A stretch of DNA of 64,000 nucleotides, from assembly GCA_044892525.1 (NCBI GenBank), contig CM097887.1:74524001-74588000 (forward strand), in the 5' to 3' direction. How positions within the stretch are numbered: position 1 is the first letter of the stretch; every line of letters starts with the position of its first letter. Below, piece by piece: positions 61,281-64,000 of this stretch. A program made the position numbers and the translations under genes. The notes beneath the pieces are model-generated. The model searched no databases and was not told where the DNA came from. It saw only the letters and a program-made list of their open reading frames with translations. This DNA comes from Schmidtea polychroa. Taxonomy: Eukaryota.

Positions 61281-61925
61281 GTTAATTTACTAATTGTATC
61301 TTTTTAATAGTAATTACGTTTTGTCGTTTGCAGTGTTTTTTTCATGATTTAGAGGATTTTGAATCTCCGATTAAAAAAATTATATAGCGATAATAAGATT
61401 ACTCTTGGGTATCGAGGTAAATACTATAGTAAATTATCGCTATAGAAAAATCAATCACAAATAAAAAATTCAAAAAGAAAAATCAATATCAAGAATAAAA
61501 ACTCTAGAGAATAATACTAAACAAATACAGAAGATATAATCAAAAATCTAACCAAGTATAAAGAAGAAGAAAAATCGTTTACAAGATTATATTAAAAAGA
61601 AAGAGAATATACTACTCTAATAACTATTATACTCTTGGGTATCGAGGTAAATATACCAGAAAGTTGATTAAAAGAATTTCAAGTCCAAAATTAATTATTA
61701 AATACTCTAATTCTATTAATAAAGTAGAACGTTACAATCGTACCTAATGTCCTTACAGCAGTGGTTTCCAACCCGGGAGTATCATTATTATTCCTGCTGT
61801 AAACAACAGCTTGATCTCTGCAACCTGACTTGACAAGTAATAACTTTTTGGTTAATATTTTTTTGGTTAATTTTTGGTTAATAAAAGTTGTAATTTCATT
61901 TAATAGTTAATTGGTATCATATATA

Positions 61926-62999
61926 CTACCATATACACACAAGCACCAAAACTGTCCCGAGACAGTATTTTTCATAGGTGACGCTGTTGGGTTCTTCAAA
62001 TTTCATAACAAATAACCATAACCACAATTTACGATAAATAATATAATCTATAACACGTACCATACATATAGTAGTCTGCCATGAAATCAACAAACTCGAC
62101 CGGATCTCCTCCATATTGATCAACTGGTAGTCTCTGACAGCTTGCACAATTATTGCCATTATTAGCTGGAGTAGTAAACAAAGTGGTTTGAATAGTAGGC
62201 ACAGGTGTTTGATCATTGTTATTTGAATTACTCGACATATTTTTTAATGGTTTCTTGTTACGCAAATTGTAAAATGTCTTTTATACAATTGTTTCTCGAC
62301 TAAATTTTGAAATATTACAATTTTTAATTTTACCATTTGTTGTAATTTTGGATTAATTTTTTAATTAATTTTTAATTAATTTTCGTAACCTTTACCAATG
62401 GTTTTTCAATATTTTCAAAACTCTTCTTTTATTTCAATTACAATAATCAATTTTGCTTTTCTTTTAGCTCAATCACGATAATTTATTTTCTGTTTATTTT
62501 CCAATTTATTTTTTCTTTGACAATTTGTTTCTAAATTTTCAATAGTTTTTAACTTTAAAATCAACTGTTCACTTTAATATTTTCACAAATTCAACAATAC
62601 TTCACCAATTTTAATCAAGTCAAAATATTCACAATACTTTAATAAATTTTCCGTAATATTCACCGCCGACTTGGATCACGTCGGGCTCATCAAGATGTTG
62701 GGTTATTATTTAACAAAAACGGTTAGTTTCTGATTTCTCGTGTCCTTTATTATTGCAATCGAATAACCAAAACCCAACAGTGAACACTTTATTCAATTTT
62801 GATCACAATTACAACTCTTCACTGTATTTGCATCTTTCTTTCAAAATCATATATATATATATTAGGTTGCCCAATGGGTAATCATTTTTTCTGGTAAGAT
62901 AATTTATAGTTTTCTTTAATTTTAGTAAGATTTTATCTTCCTTTTCTCTCGGAGCTTCGGAAAAGTTCACAAATTCTTTATTGCTTTGTTCACCCAACA
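61926..62999 (-). mobile_element. 5' end of an LTR retrotransposon: LTR remnant, tRNA-Trp PBS and gag start
   Basis: Minus strand: TGTTGGGT(62999)...ACCCAACA(62696) inverted termini. PBS TGATGAGCCCGACGTGAT (62692-62675) versus the Trp PBS TGGTGACCCCGACGTGAT (2 mismatches). Gag-like YGGDPVEFVDFMADY (62029-62265). The LTR may extend to about 63442. Confidence 0.7.
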
Positions 63000-64000
63000 G
63001 GCAATTCGCTTTTCAACAGCTCTCTTTCAGTAATTATTCCCTCACTTTGGGTCTAATTGTCTCAACAAATAAATTGCTCTGCCAAGTCTTTGATGTTTTA
63101 TCTTAAATTATTCTGATCATTTAATAATCTCTCGGGTTTCCCTCACTTCTCGGCTGGCTATACGCATCGAGTATTTCTATTGACTCGGGCTTTTCACTAC
63201 CTGATGAATTAATTTGTTTTTACTTTATAACTTTTCCTGGGGACCTCTCACTAAGTTTTTATTATTATTCCTGGGGTTGTCTCTCAATTTTGCGTTCAAC
63301 CATACCAATATCACCCGATCAATATCGTTTTTCAAATTTTATAAATTTTTAATTAACTTGTGCACTTTTGTCATTTCGATATTTTTATTGACTTTATTTG
63401 TGTTTCAATTTAACTTTTGTGCTTTTATGTATTACCCCAACGATAATAACTTTTCGTAGTCTCTGATTTTGTCTTCTATTCCATCCTGGTCTAACTTTTG
63501 TATCCACTTTTATGCTGTTTAGTATAGCATTCAATTATCTACTAAATACTCACAAATTGATATGATAGGCTGATTTTGCCCCCATTAATTTTTGGTCTAA
63601 ATTAAATGATTAAATGATTAAACGGCAGTATTAGGAACCTTGCATTTTGTAACTTTTTGTTGGAATTTTAACTCGCCTTACAGTTGTATTTGCGTGTTAA
63701 TCTCTGATATAATTTCAATCAGACTCCTTAATTAATTTAAGACAAAATTCAGTTTTTGCCCAACAAAATCGTCGCAAATTTTAAAAAAAAAAGAACATTT
63801 ATCACTATTGTTAGTAAATTAAGTAAATCCGGGTTCGAAAAAAACACTTGTACGCATAATGCAGCAAGAAAATACACGTGACCCTCCTATAACACTGTTT
63901 CAAAATTGAAGTTATTTCTATGTACCTTAAAAAATATTTGTATATATTTTAATTTTTGGAACCTAACTACCTTTTTTATATCAGCCCTGGGTCCCATATA

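Noticed and set aside
61400-61653. CRISPR-like repeat-spacer structure (also the 17-bp and 118-bp tandem repeats)
   Set aside because: Only two repeats with a 206-bp spacer, or contiguous tandem units without unique spacers. Eukaryotic context and no cas genes.

Overview
This is a very AT-rich, repeat-dense eukaryotic (most likely animal) scaffold segment with five N-gaps. The host cannot be identified from sequence alone. Divergent proteins and introns that are either 41-59 nt or kilobases long would fit a fast-evolving invertebrate lineage. I could assemble three host genes by hand: TAF2 (+, 4 exons, about 1043 aa), a DNAJC17-like J-domain gene (+), and a carboxypeptidase E-like M14B peptidase (-, 8 exons, about 475 aa over about 19.7 kb). 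There is also one long orphan ORF (58322-59563) and a decayed GRP94/HSP90B1 fragment. The rest is mostly mobile DNA: a full-length but broken hAT, an intact DD34E (Gambol-like) Tc1/IS630 element, several hAT/Merlin/Tc1/Helitron/Gypsy remnants, MITEs and satellites. Two things stand out. (1) A roughly 250-nt multi-hairpin sequence is present twice (about 4490-4746 and 29870-30129) with compensatory base changes and a conserved GNRA-capped hairpin. The first copy lies directly downstream of two co-directional GC-rich ORFs (AT-hook/coiled-coil and coiled-coil/basic) that match no transposon class I recognise, making it a candidate unclassified element or structured RNA. (2) A 3.0-kb Gypsy-type LTR element has identical 97-bp LTRs and a TSD but no integrase core. 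It carries a -1 frameshift signal, and its primer-binding position is complementary to what looks like the 5' end of a tRNA rather than its 3' CCA end.
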